Positions 26,582-40,837 of a stretch of DNA of 64,000 nt are shown piece by piece. Position numbers and translations under genes: made by a program. The number at the start of each line of letters is the position of its first letter. The stretch's first letter is position 1. The stretch comes from Eledone cirrhosa (Eukaryota). The stretch spans positions 19,096,001 to 19,160,000 of the forward strand of contig OZ024750.1 of the NCBI GenBank assembly GCA_964016885.1, read 5' to 3'. A model generated the notes under the pieces. That model was given only the letters and a program-made list of their open reading frames with translations. It had not been told where the DNA came from and ran no database searches.

Positions 26582-26612
<31 letters not shown>

Positions 26613-26731
26613 TTATATATATGTGTATGTATATATATATATGTATATATATATGTATATATATGTATATATATATATATGCATATATATATGTATATAT
26701 ATGTATATATATATATATGCATATATATGTA

Positions 26732-26801
<70 letters not shown>

Positions 26802-26852
26802 CATATATATATACATATATATATATACATATATATATATACATATATATAC

Positions 26853-26884
<32 letters not shown>

Positions 26885-26928
26885 GTACATATGATGCATG
26901 TATATATATATATATATATATATGATGC

Positions 26929-26994
<66 letters not shown>

Positions 26995-27054
26995 CTTGTA
27001 TATATATATATATATATATGATGCTTGTATATATATATATATATATATGAAGGT

Positions 27055-27085
<31 letters not shown>

Positions 27086-27089
27086 GATG

Positions 27090-27298
27090 TGAGTTGAACT
27101 ATGCAAATATATACATTGAAACATAGGCAGGAGTATAGCGATTTATACACAGGTTTACTTTAAAGTTGCCATATAAGCCAAACAGATTCACGCAGGAATG
27201 TGTGTATAATTTAGATGCATGCTTTCATGTATACCTGTGCATAAAACGCTATACACCTGCCTATACTTTAATGTATATATTTGCATAGCTCGACTGAT
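27090..27298. mobile_element. MITE/fold-back with ~70-bp inverted arms
   Basis: GTTGAACTATGCAAATATATACATTGAAACATAGGCAGG... vs ...CCTGCCTATACTTTAATGTATATATTTGCATAGCTCGAC. Confidence 0.7.
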
Positions 27299-27661
27299 AT
27301 ATCTCTAATGCTTCCCTTAATATCGATTTCTCACATAGCTACGAAGCTTACACATATTTAGAGGTAGGAGAATTGTATCATCGATCACACTGATCAACTA
27401 ATATTTCACTGTTTTATTTTATATTTTATCGATTTTGTAAGGATGAAAGGCAAAGTTTGCCCTGGCGAAATTTGAACTTGGAACGTAAAGAGATAGAAAT
27501 GGCCGTGTGGCTATGAAGTTGGCTTAGATATCACGTGATTCAGGTTTCATTTCCACTGAGCGCCATCTTGGGAAAGCCGTGTCTTGGTTTAACCAATAAC
27601 TTGTAAGTAGAATTTGGTAGACCGGAACACACAAACACACAACACACATATATGTGTGTTG

Positions 27662-27759
<98 letters not shown>

Positions 27760-27976
27760 AGAAAAGAGTCAGGGCCCCGACGGCGGACCTCCAACCGTTT
27801 CGACAGCTAGATCCAAACTAACCCACTACTGATGGGTTAGTTCGGATCTAGCTGTCGAAACGGCCGGAGCTCAGCCGTCGGGGCCCTGACTCTTTTCCTA
27901 TTACCCACTCTACTACCCTAAGTATCGAATACTCTGGTGCGTTATGGTCCACCTGGTTCCTTACCACACTTCCTTT
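27760..27976. mobile_element. Family M fold-back + tail
   Basis: Arms 27762-27825 / 27833-27899, then tail; same family at 31804-32002, 40192-40380, 42350-42620, 42752-43016. Confidence 0.8.
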
Positions 27977-29158
27977 AGAGGTTGGCAGGTCTGGTTTGTG
28001 TTTATGTCCTATACGTTCTAGGGTTAACTTGATCAACTAAATCAAGTCTAAAGACTGGAATTAGTTAAGCAATATAAGAATAAAACAGAAAGGAGTCACC
28101 TGAAAAGTTCATAGACTGACCAAGATACTCTCATGGAATGAGCAAATGAGGTTTACTTTTCAATATAGTTCTTAGAAAGAAACAATGTAGTTATTAATAA
28201 TTGTTTCTACTTTAGGCACAAGGCCAGCAATTACCCAGTGCATTACTGGTACTTTATTTTATCGACCCCGTAAGGATGAAAGGCAAAGTCAACATCGGCG
28301 GGATTTGAACTCAGATTGTAAGGGGACGTAATTATGCTGGAAAGCATGAGGTCAGACCCTCTACCGATACTGCCAATCCACTAATAATAAATGAAATTAA
28401 GGCATACACGATTTCACAACACTAGCATCAATCCACCGAGATTAACCTTTCCTTTCAGTCTTCTAGGGTCGTTAAAATAAAGTACCAGTTAAATACTGGG
28501 GCGGGGATGATTTAATTAACTATGCTCTTCCTTCAGCCTTGCTGGCCTTGTGCCTAAATTAGAAATCAATGATATATGTTATCAACCACCAAACATGTCT
28601 GTGTGTATGTGTTTGTGTACGTGTGAATGTGTGTATATGCGTGTATGTATATGGGTGATGTGAAAGCGCGTGGCTTAGTGGTTAGAGTCCGCGGCTGACG
28701 ATCGTGAGTTAAAGATTCCTGGCAACTCTATGTGTCCTTGAGCAAGACACTTTATATCACGTCGTCCCAGGTCACTCAGCTGGTAAACTCAAATGTACCT
28801 GTGATTCAAAAGGCCAGCCATGTGGTACACTGTTTTATGCTGAATTTCGCTGAAAACTGTCTTAAGGCTACACGTGTTTGTGGAATGTTCAGCTACTTAC
28901 ACGTTAATTTCATGTGTAGGTTTTTCCACTGTTCGAACAATTTGAAAACTCATCGTCGAAGCCGACGGAGGGTCAACACACCAACATGAATGTTTTATTT
29001 TGTTGTCTGCAACTTTAAAACGACCAAACGAGGTGTTTATGTGTTTATGTGTGTGTAAGTTTGTGTGTATGTGTGTAATTATGTGTGTGTGCTGGTGCTT
29101 TTCTGTGTGTGTATGTATATGTTTCTCTATGTGTAAATGTATGTGTATGTGTGCGCGC

Positions 29159-29189
<31 letters not shown>

Positions 29190-29190
<1 letters not shown>

Positions 29191-29552
29191 GCATGTATGT
29201 ATGCGTGTTTTGAGTTACTGTGTATGTGTGTATGTGACTGTGTATGTGTGTGTATGTGAGTGTGGTCATTGTGCGGTGTGTGTGTGTGTCTGTGCTGTTG
29301 AACTGTGTATATATATATATGTATGTATGCGTGTTTTGAGTTACTGTGTATGTGTGTATGTGACTGTGTATGTGTGTGTATGTGAGTGTGGTCATTGTGC
29401 GGTGTGTGTGTGTGTCTGTGCTGTTGAACTGTGTATATATATATATGTATGTATGCGTGTTTTGAGTTACTGTGTATGTGACTGTGTATGTGTGTGTATG
29501 TGAGTGTGGTCATTGTGCGGTGTGTGTGTGTGTGTGTGCCTGTGCTGTTGAA

Positions 29553-29616
<64 letters not shown>

Positions 29617-29690
29617 GCGTGTTTTGAGTTACTGTGTATGTGAGAGAGTGTCGTTGTGCGGTGTGTGTGCGCGTGCTGTTGTACTGTGTG
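29190..29690. repeat. 126-bp GT-rich minisatellite, about 4 copies
   Basis: ATGCGTGTTTTGAGTTACTG at 29201, 29327, 29453, ~29614. Confidence 0.9.
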
Positions 29691-30056
29691 TGTGTGTGTG
29701 TGTATGTGTGTCTGTGTGTATGTGTCTGCTGTTGCCCTTTGTGTGTATGTGCCGTTGTAATGTGTGTTATGCGTGTTTATGTCCCAACTGTTTACCTGTT
29801 CCAAACACAGTTTTTGTTTCAGGCACACAGTAAGCAAACATGCAACCGAAGATATGAGAGAGATATATCATTTTCTCTCTCTATTTCTTTTCATCTTCTA
29901 TAGTTGTGTATATTTGGACAAAACAACTTGTTTTAGAAATGTCAACAAGTATTTACTGTTTGATCATATTTTACGTATTAAACACCAGAGGAAGATGAAA
30001 TTTAAATTGTGTACACATACACGAACACACACACCCCTGTATGTGGGTGTTTGAAT

Positions 30057-30138
<82 letters not shown>

Positions 30139-30192
30139 GCACACATACATATATATATATTTTATGCACACATATGTATGTACGTATACATG

Positions 30193-30241
<49 letters not shown>

Positions 30242-30278
30242 ATATATATATATATCGGATGTATGTAATATATATATA

Positions 30279-30335
<57 letters not shown>

Positions 30336-30361
30336 CACCGGATGTATGTAATATATATATA

Positions 30362-30457
<96 letters not shown>

Positions 30458-30504
30458 ACAGACACACACAAATTCCATGTATGAATAGAAATAGATAAAT
30501 AAAA

Positions 30505-30549
<45 letters not shown>

Positions 30550-30564
30550 TATATATATATATAC

Positions 30565-30624
<60 letters not shown>

Positions 30625-30627
<3 letters not shown>

Positions 30628-31010
30628 GTAAAACATTCATTTAGCTTTAACTTTATGCAATGTCATTAAACCATTCCATAGAAGCTTTACTATAATTCTC
30701 CTGTGTTTCGTTTGTTGCATGATTTATCTTTGTATTTATACAGAAGGTAATATATGTTTGCTGAATTTCACTAGTTCGGTTTTGTGGGATGGGAAGATCG
30801 GTTAGTGAGTCTACACTTTGAGTTAGCAGTAAAGTTATTATACTTGTGGTCATTTAACGTTAAATAAGGTTTTCTGGGAGTGAGTTGTTCTACTCGTTAT
30901 GCTGCATCTAATATGTGTTACCATGGATTTTGCATCGTTGTTGATAAGGTTGAATTTATTTCGGCTTGTTTTCTTAATGTATGTTATCGCTGATTTATTT
31001 AAATGTTTCA
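30625..31010 (-). pseudogene. Decayed Penelope-like RT N-terminal fragment (LKDHK...CRLIN type)
   Basis: Manual translation across frames: RVEQLTPRKPYLTLNDHKYNNFTANSKCRLTN...INTKINHATNETQENYSKASMEWFNDI. Confidence 0.7.
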
Positions 31011-31034
31011 ACACCATATTCCAGCGTAATTACC

Positions 31035-31290
31035 CTGTACGTAAGAGGGGAGTAAGATTTTCTGGCCACTGCCATCGTTCCACTTACGAGGCTGTGTCCC
31101 CATTAGTGCTTTGGAAACCACAAGCAATCACTAATAACAGGGGGCGCAAGCTCTCCTATCCCGATGTCATCTCCAGAGATTCTGGTATTGAAATCCAGGA
31201 CTTGGCAATGGCAATGAACGACAAACGCACGTAGAGATCAATTGTTGAGTCCATTTCGGTTGAGGCCACCGGATGATGATGATGATGATA
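31035..31290 (+). mobile_element. RTE-group LINE 3' end with (GAT)n tail
   Basis: RFSGHCHRS..EAVSPLVLWKP...RGRKLSYPDVISRDSG...DLAMAMNDK. Confidence 0.8.
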
Positions 31291-31332
31291 AGAACAACGC
31301 TTTTTGCGTATCAACAAGTGGTTGGAATTTAT

Positions 31333-31749
31333 ACCGATCAATCAAAATTGTTTTGACCACAAGAATTTTTGCAAACACCAAATAGCGCTGGAGCCACTTT
31401 TTTAACATAAAAACAGTCTTGGCCCTAAATCAATTTTTTACATTCACATGACCTCTACCGACCAATCAAAATTGTTTTGACCACAAGAATTTTTGCAACA
31501 CCAAAGTAACGCTGGAGCCACTTTTTTAACATAAAAACAGGTAGAATTCCCAAAACTAATCAGATCAGAGCAAACAACACGGACACTCTATCTCAAAATT
31601 ATTTTTGAAAAGCATTTAGAAATGCGCAACCGGTAAAAACTTAAAAACCACAACTGAATACTAACCCATACAATCACTAATACTCTTTTATTCCTAATTA
31701 AACCATTTTTCAACTGTGAACAATTTGTCAGCATTTTCTATTCCGTTTA

Positions 31750-31755
<6 letters not shown>
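31333..31755 (+). mobile_element. Solitary Penelope-type terminal repeat with a 125-bp internal duplication and mutated hammerhead
   Basis: Shares CCAATC...CTGGAGCCACTTTT...ATAAAA..AGGTAG with 60585-60710; TTGAAAA-GCATTT(AG)AAATGC-GCAA-CCGG-TA at 31605-31635; ends in (TA)n. Confidence 0.6.
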
Positions 31756-31803
<48 letters not shown>

Positions 31804-31807
<4 letters not shown>

Positions 31808-32002
31808 AAAAGAGTCAGGACCCCGACGGCTGAGCTCCGGCCGTTTCGACGGCTGTTTCTGAACTCAGAAATAGCTATCGAAACGGCCGGAACTCAGCCG
31901 TCACGTCCTGGCTCTTTTCCTATTACCCACTCTATTACCTATAGCATCGAGTACTCTGGTGCGTTATGGTCCACCTGGTTCCTTACCACACTTCCTTCGT
32001 TA
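31804..32002. mobile_element. Family M fold-back + tail
   Basis: Arms centred on TTTCTGA-AC-TCAGAAA at ~31863. Confidence 0.8.
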
Positions 32003-32034
32003 TATATATATACTGTATATATATATATATATAT

Positions 32035-32082
<48 letters not shown>

Positions 32083-32273
32083 GCACGCACACACACCCAC
32101 GTACACATATATATGTGTATGTATATATACACACATAGCCACACAAATGATATGTACCGTATTTAATTAAATCTCTCAAACAACAAAATAAACCGAATAT
32201 ATTTAACAAATGACTGAGACTACCAAAGTGGAATATTTTATTAATTTATTATTTGAGAATAAAACAATATTTT

Positions 32274-32321
<48 letters not shown>

Positions 32322-32483
32322 ACACACACACACACACACTATATATATATATATATTGTTATACTTTGGGAGGGTCATGTTGCCAATAATATATATATCT
32401 TTCTCTCTCTAACCAACCTCTTTCCATCCCATTTACAGCGTAGGATTTCGTTGATACCACCACTACTACTACTGCTGCTGCTG

Positions 32484-32522
<39 letters not shown>

Positions 32523-33383
32523 CTACCACCACCACCGTCGCTTTCTCATTCTCTTTCTCTGGCGCACACATTTGACCATCCCCTTCCCACAGCGTGATCA
32601 ATATTAAGTTCTCTCTCTTTCTCTTTCTCTCACCATCCTTTCTACAAAGGCATGTGGGCCTCACAAACACCGATTTTAAGATAATATATGGATGTTCTGA
32701 CGAGAACCACGAGAGCTACCGTCTACCAAAACCTCGCATAGAATATTATTCTATCAAGTAAAACAAACATTATTTTAGTAAATTATTCTAGAAAATAATT
32801 AATAATTTTTCAATTTTTCATACTGATTATTATTTTTGATGACGATAATCATTACTACTTTAGCTAATTATTAAATTTTCGTAATTATTATATTTCCTAA
32901 TTAATATTCTAAAGAATATTATTTACGCTACTTTGAACCTAATGGTTAAGATGTTGGACTTACGATCATAATGTCGTGGGTTTGACTCCTGGGATGGGTT
33001 GTATGTCGCGTTCTTGACTAAAACACTTTATTTCATGTTGCTCCAGTATACTCAGCTGAAAACGAGCACCAATCTTGCGATGGACTGGCGTCCTGTCCAG
33101 GGGAATGTTATACTCTCTGTTGCTCCACGCCACGGAAACTGAGATCAGCAGCGCTCTGATGGGCTTCCAAGCTCGGGACAGACTTTAGACATTTCTTTTT
33201 TGCTACAGGATGTTTCTCCACATGAAAAATAAAAATGTTTCCTTTGTCAGTTGGGACTTACTATCCTTCATGTATGACTCATGTACTCTGTCTTATCCAG
33301 TAACATAGGGAAGACATCTTACACGAAAGAAGATTTTTATTACAGCATTGTGAAGTGCGTCAGACCCTGACAAGTGTGTGTAG

Positions 33384-33458
<75 letters not shown>

Positions 33459-34091
33459 CTTGAGCTGACCAACGCAGGGAGCGACAATGGGTGACCTTTT
33501 GTGTGAGTGTGAAGGCGTACATGTGTATAATCACATACAAACATGTGAGCGCAACTCATCTATGTATGTGTACCTGCACATACACATACAGACACACACA
33601 AGTAGAAGCGATTTTAAGATGTTTCAGAAAAAGAAGGATGGTGGCAAACATGTCCATAAACCCTGTTCCATTTCGAGAGTACAACCGTAAGAGATACCAC
33701 AAAGAACCACACACGACGCTACGACAGTACCACCGCTGAACTACGGAGTGTGTAGTCACGGGATAAATGTTGGGAAGTCTTTACATCTGATGTTGCCCTA
33801 GCTCCGGCAAAGGTCCCACGTGAATACCCTACCACTCGCTGGAGGCACATATACACATGTACTCTCAAGTGAGCGCCATCACGTTGAGCACTCTGATATC
33901 ACTGTATCCCTCTGATTACTCGACTTTATATATAATTCGTTTTTGAATTTGTTTTGCGAGATTTCTTATCGAACCAACCAGCCAACCAACCGTAAATTTA
34001 TAATAAATTGAAGTGAAAACCAACAGGTGCGTGTGTTTTTATTGGCAACATGACCCTCCCAAAGTATAACCCCCCCCCCCCTCTCTCTCTC

Positions 34092-34128
<37 letters not shown>

Positions 34129-34657
34129 GCACACATACAGAAGTCAGACGTTGACCAATAAAAGATCAATAGGTGTTGAGCAGTAGGTCAGATTTGGGAC
34201 AATTCAAACACATTTTACTCGGCACCGTACCAATAACACGAGAACTCACATTACACGCTGCACATTACATATCTGTTGCACGTGTTTCACACGAGTATGA
34301 CATATATCGAAATTATGAGTTTGGGGATCGCCCTATGTTCCATTTGGTCATCTCGACCAGGGATGACCGAGACTGACCCAACGGTAACACAACAGCATCA
34401 AGTTATTCATAGTGTATTATAGTATAACTTTCCAAGTTGTGTAACTTCTAAGTAGCTGAAAGGTAAAAAAAAAAGCAAAAAATAAAAAAAAAGATTAAGC
34501 ATCGATTTCTCTTAAATCTCTCCATTTTTTGGCACTCTGCTTAAAATATTCATTGGAAACTATATTCATGGTCTTAGACTAAGTCACTTGCCAAACATGT
34601 ACACTTCTGATATATATTTATATATATATAAATATATATATACATACGCCACACACA

Positions 34658-34717
<60 letters not shown>

Positions 34718-35684
34718 TATATATATATAACTACAAACGTATCAAGGAACTCCGATATACGTCTCGTAAATTACAACAAGCAAAGAAATAAGCAGCTTGT
34801 AAATTCCAAGTTGATTCCTATAATGAAACTAAACATGGTTGGAGTCGATGTACAGTTATTCGACATATTAGCACTAGAAACAACACCCTTTACCTATCTC
34901 TCTCATCCTATTTTTATTTCTCTGGAAGAAATCGGCTGTGTTCAAACCTGAAGAGGAATGAGCTCCACCAAGAGTTAAGCACACATACCATGGCATGTAT
35001 ACAAAACAGAGAAGCAGTTCTAAATGATCAGACGTCTATCAACTTCACACACTTTCAGGCATCACAGCATCAACGAGAATGTTTGCGGATATAAATCAGC
35101 AAAATATGTGGAAAATACACACACAAACCAAACATCACACATAGGTACAAACTCCGTAAATACTATACTCATTTCTTATTCAGATACAAGGTCAGAAATT
35201 TGGTGGGAAGGAACAGTTAGTTTACATCAACTCTAATACTTTATTTTATCGACTTTGTCAGGATGAAAGGAAAAGTTGACATCGCTAGTATTATGAACTT
35301 AGAGCTTAGAGAGCCAGAATTAATATCGCAAAGCAGATTAAAAGTAGGATCTAAAGAGAGAGAAAAACTACCAATTGAAAATAATCAATGGAAGGAGTAA
35401 TAAAATAAAAGACCGAAACAATCTTCTGACAAATGCATTTCAATTGACAGCAGAATCAAGGGTTTAAGAAATCCTAAAATGCTGGCTGACATGAAAGTTT
35501 AGTTGAAAGAAGTCAAGGGAAATTTGGAATCAGAAGTAGATTATCATTTCACTAATTGGACAAGATGTTGATGTAGAAAGCAACGTTCATAGCGTGCTAA
35601 AGAAATAGAGAGGTTATTCAAAAGTAATACAACTTTGTCTTCAGCATTCCTACTAAATTATAGCCGTATATATATATATATATA

Positions 35685-35905
35685 TTTATTAAAATAACAG
35701 ATTCAAGTTTAAGCAAATAATCGATGCTTTCACCCTTAACGGGATAGATCCCGTTAAGGGTGAAGTGAAAGCAGCGATTCTTTGCTTAAACTTTAATCTG
35801 TTATTTTAATAAATATTTGCTCTACGGTTCTTATATATTTGATATATATTTATCCTTATCGAGCCCTCTTTGGATGTTAGCCTTCAAATTTATTATTATT
35901 ACTAT
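35685..35905. mobile_element. Family L fold-back + tail
   Basis: Arms centred on GGGAT-AG-ATCCC at ~35746; tail 35816-35905. Confidence 0.8.
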
Positions 35906-35955
35906 ATAAATATATAAATAATATAAGATCAAAAGATGGTTAAAATAGTTCCAAG

Positions 35956-36026
35956 TATTTTATTATGAGCATTTCAAAAACAAATATCATCATGGGATGA
36001 TATCTGCGTTTTCATCAGATAAAATA
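35956..36026 (-). ncRNA. Minimal hammerhead, family H
   Basis: TATTTTAT-CTGATGA-AAAC-GCAGATATCATC(CCAT)GATGATATTTGT-TTTT-GAAA-TGCTCA-TA^-ATAAAATA; perfect 8-bp stem I. Confidence 0.85.
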
Positions 36027-36101
36027 GGGATACATGATATGAAGCTTAAAAAACACTTGTGAATAGTGAAGTTTTAAATCAACATATATATATATATATA
36101 T

Positions 36102-36136
<35 letters not shown>

Positions 36137-36400
36137 TATATATATATATATCTTATATATATATATATATATATCTTATATATATATATATATATATATC
36201 TTATATATATATATATATATATATATCTTATATATATATATATCTTATATATATATATATATATATATCTTATATATATATATATATCTTATATATATAT
36301 ATATATCTTATATATATATATATCTTATATATATATATATATATATCTTATATATATATATATATATATATATCTTATATATATATATATATATATATAT

Positions 36401-36473
<73 letters not shown>

Positions 36474-36474
36474 T

Positions 36475-36855
36475 CATTTGGGTTTGTTGGTTCACCACTG
36501 GATAGAACTTGTCATTCCGTATAGTCAACCGTGATATGATATTAGGAAAAACACTCGACGTAGTGCAAATCCCCCATCTTCGTCTATGTTGAATCTTGTT
36601 GGTGGTGCGAGAATGGAGTTTATTGTTACTGAGAAAAATGACAGGAGATGGACTGGTGAAATTCCTTAAGGTTTATTATAAACACTATGCACATTTCAAT
36701 TTCCGGGCTCAGGTGTTACGAAATTTATGTGATAAAGGAATATAATAATGGTATACACAATCTAAGGGGCTGAACAGTAGAGATAAATGTGTAAGACCGA
36801 TGGCGGCCAGAACCAGCAGTTGCCAGCAGCTGCCAGCCTGGCGACCGCCTTTAAT
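36475..36855 (-). mobile_element. Family B element with extended 3' tail and partly deleted ribozyme core
   Basis: 36625-36765 is the reverse-complement homologue of 7702-7873. Confidence 0.7.
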
Positions 36856-36912
36856 ATATATATGTGTGTGTGCGTGTGCGTGTGCGTGCGTGCGTGTGTG
36901 TGTGTGTGTGTG

Positions 36913-36975
<63 letters not shown>

Positions 36976-37134
36976 ATATTGTCAGTAAGTAAAGAGTGCT
37001 TTAACAAATATATGGTTGTATCCATCTTTCCCTAAGCACTTGCTATACTTATCTACGAAACCTATCCGTCTATCCATCTTTCCCCCGATCCTGGCTAACT
37101 TACTAGTTATCTACTCCCCTCGAGTGCCTTCAGG

Positions 37135-38055
37135 CGCTCACAACCCTCTACCAAGCGGAAACGGCAATCAGCGGAGACTCCACTTCGACATTCTGAAGGG
37201 GATTAGTGGAGGATAAGTGCGACGACGTTCTCGGGGAAACTCTAGGCATCGAGGAGGACGAACTGACCAGTCTGTTCGGGAGGACTTTCCGTCCAGGGCC
37301 TATGGATAACTTCCAGAGGTCTCTGGCCTGGCAGTGCTACGGAGGAGCTCTACCAGTTCCAGATAAAATCTACAGGAACGGACGCCCTGGCAGAGATCCT
37401 GCCAAAAGGACCTGTCCAAGATGCGAGCTGGACATCGAAACCGTTCTGCACGCAATTGTTCAGTGCCCAGGGGTGACCGACCTGTGAAATTATGTCACGT
37501 GTGAGACGCATCCAGATGTCAGCCGAGTCCATCGTGAGGAACAACCCGTTGCCTTCATTTAAGAATGAAGGAGAGGCGGTTTTCTTCTGTCTGGTGGTTA
37601 TGGCGAAAGAGGTAATATGGTGGACGAGGTTAAAAGGACTGAGGGCAAACACCTTTCTCTCCGGACAACAACTTATCCCCTTCTTTAAGTACCACTTCAG
37701 AAGGAAAGTGAGAGTGAAGAGAGAGGTGTTACACCCCAGTAAATTCGCTGTAAGGTGGGTGAATGTGGCGAAAATGGTCCGAGTGAATGGGCCTTCTCTG
37801 TATATAAACCTGTAGGTTGAGGAAGATAAACAGAGGGAAGGCGGGAACACCTACAAAACGTGTTCCTGGTGTTGAGGGTAAACAACCCTGCAGTAACGTT
37901 CCCCCCTATTGGGGATTTCAATTGTTATTTTATTATATATAGTTTATTGTTATTTATTAATGTTAAAGTTATATGAATTTTATGTAAAATCCCCTCCGTC
38001 ACGTCTTGTAATGTCCCATTTTTGTACGCCCCTGTGGCAAATAAAGAAAGATATC
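37135..38055 (+). mobile_element. Tx1/L1-clade LINE 3' part (zf-RVT/CCHC region + 3' UTR), disrupted
   Basis: DNFQRSLAWQCYGGALPV...TCPRCELDIETVLHAIVQCP (C-x2-C...H...C) then AKEVIWWTR; stop at 37485; AATAAAG end. Confidence 0.85.
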
Positions 38056-38865
38056 TACTAACTGTATCCCTCTATTCATCTTCCTCACAATATATTTAGG
38101 TAATAACTATTTTAACTACTAACTATGTCTTCTTATTCACCTTTTCCTCATTTAGTTCCTCTGTAGTCATCTACAAAATTAATCCCTCTATTCATCTCCC
38201 TCGATACTCTCTTACTTACTATCTACGAAACATGTCCGTCTACCTATCTGCCTCTCGATACTAAGTTACTATCTACTTATCTACTAAACGTCTACTTTCC
38301 ATTCTCCCGATACTTACTATCTTAGTATCTAGTTATGCACTAACTTTATCTCTATTCATCTTTTACCCGATTAGTTACTATATAGTTATCTACTAAATAT
38401 ATCCGTTAACTGTGTCAGAGTAAATGAAATTTGCGCCATCTTAATTTCATTTCAGATAAAGTCTTTCGGACAAGGATTCAGACATAGTGAATTTGAGCGA
38501 CAATAAATTCACTAACACGACTCAAACAGCCATTCCAATAGACTTCCTATGATTCTGGGGTGTGCGTTATATTTATAACTAAATATATAACTAACCGAAT
38601 ATTCATTTCTTTGATCAACACCGCCATTCGGATTAACTACAACTTTTAAAACTTGTGATTACTTAAAAATTTTCGCCTTGCTGGTCTTCAAAGGAATGTG
38701 TAATCTGCCCTGATACATTGATAACACTTTCGTTTCTCCGAGTGAATGAAAATGGTGGATGAAGTTCATACATATCCATATATATACTGACATTCAAACA
38801 CACAAATATACTTATATTCACAAATGACCACATACACATCGGCTTTCACCTATGTATAATATATA

Positions 38866-38914
<49 letters not shown>

Positions 38915-38968
38915 AGTGTGCGTGTATATGAAAGTACGTGTATTCGTGTGCTTATACATATTATATCC

Positions 38969-39037
<69 letters not shown>

Positions 39038-39137
39038 TAAATATATACCTATATAAGGTTTAAAAATCATATCTATATATATATACGTGTATATATATAT
39101 ACATATATGTATAAATATATATATAAGGTTTAAAAAT

Positions 39138-39195
<58 letters not shown>

Positions 39196-39631
39196 TAGAT
39201 ACCCAACCATATGAAGATTTGCACGCGTGTTTGGATGCCGAGCGTCTGTGTTCAAGCGAGTGTGTTTGCGCATATCTTAACACAGACGAGGTGTGAAAAT
39301 TCAGGCACCCATTGTAAAGAGATCGAATTAGGAATGAAAGCAAAGCCAAGGTCAATAGATTGAGTGGAGCGGATTATGATGGAATTAACACCAGTTATCT
39401 CCCATCTTCTATGAGATAACAACAAACTTTTGATGATTATAAGAGGAAATCAGTTATTCTTAAGGCCTCAAAGATGTCTAGATAATGCGTGTCTAATCAT
39501 ATTAAGACGTATTTATTTATCAATGTAGCTTGATATTTACTATGAGTGTTCATCTATCTACACATATTTATAATACACACACACATATATATAAATATAT
39601 ACACATATATATATATATAGAGAGAGAGATA

Positions 39632-39701
<70 letters not shown>

Positions 39702-39803
39702 AATGTATATATAAGTATGTGTGTATATATATATATATATGTGTGTGTATATATATATATATATATGTATGAGTGTATATATATGTATGTGTGTGTATAT
39801 TTA

Positions 39804-39842
<39 letters not shown>

Positions 39843-39847
39843 GACAA

Positions 39848-39889
<42 letters not shown>

Positions 39890-40004
39890 TATATATACAC
39901 ATATATATATATATATACACATATATATATATACACATATATATATATATATATACATATATAAATATACATATATACATATACACATATATATATATAT
40001 ATAT

Positions 40005-40136
40005 AGTAATAATAATAAATTTGAAGACTAAAATCCAAAGAGGGCTCGATAAGGATAAATATATATCAAATATATAAGAACCGTAGAGCAAATATTTATT
40101 AAAATAACAGATTTAAGTTTAAGCAAAGAATCGCTG

Positions 40137-40138
<2 letters not shown>
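40005..40138 (-). mobile_element. Family L terminal segment with tail
   Basis: Reverse complement of 35770-35905. Confidence 0.85.
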
Positions 40139-40191
<53 letters not shown>

Positions 40192-40194
<3 letters not shown>

Positions 40195-40378
40195 CGAAGG
40201 AGATGTGGTAAGGAACCAGATGGACCATAATGCACCAAAGTACTCAATACTTAGGGTAGTAGAGTGGGTAATAGAAACGAGTAGGACCCCGACGGCTGAG
40301 CTCAAGCCGTTTCGACGGCTAATTCAGAATTAGCTGTCGAAACGGCTTGAGCTCAGCCGTCGGGGTCCTACTCGTTCC

Positions 40379-40380
<2 letters not shown>
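40192..40380. mobile_element. Family M fold-back + tail
   Basis: ~55-bp arms centred on AATTC-A-GAATT at ~40326. Confidence 0.85.
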
Positions 40381-40429
<49 letters not shown>

Positions 40430-40754
40430 GTGTGTGTGGGTGTGTGTGTGCGCGCGTGTATGAATATATACACATACATAAATACATACATACACTTACA
40501 GCACTTATAGACATATACACATTTCAGATGGAAATGGCTTCTACAAGATCAGCAATGTTTTATTCGGTTGAAATGGACAGGAATTTTCTCATATTTCAGC
40601 CAAATAAAGTACTGCTAGTCCTGTAAAAGTAATTTTCATCTGAAATAAAGTGTGTAATATCTCTATTTAAGGCGTTGGTTACCTTATTTGACTATGGTCT
40701 CTTCGTTGCTCTGCGAAAAAAACATTCTGTATATGTGTATACTTAACACACACA

Positions 40755-40837
<83 letters not shown>

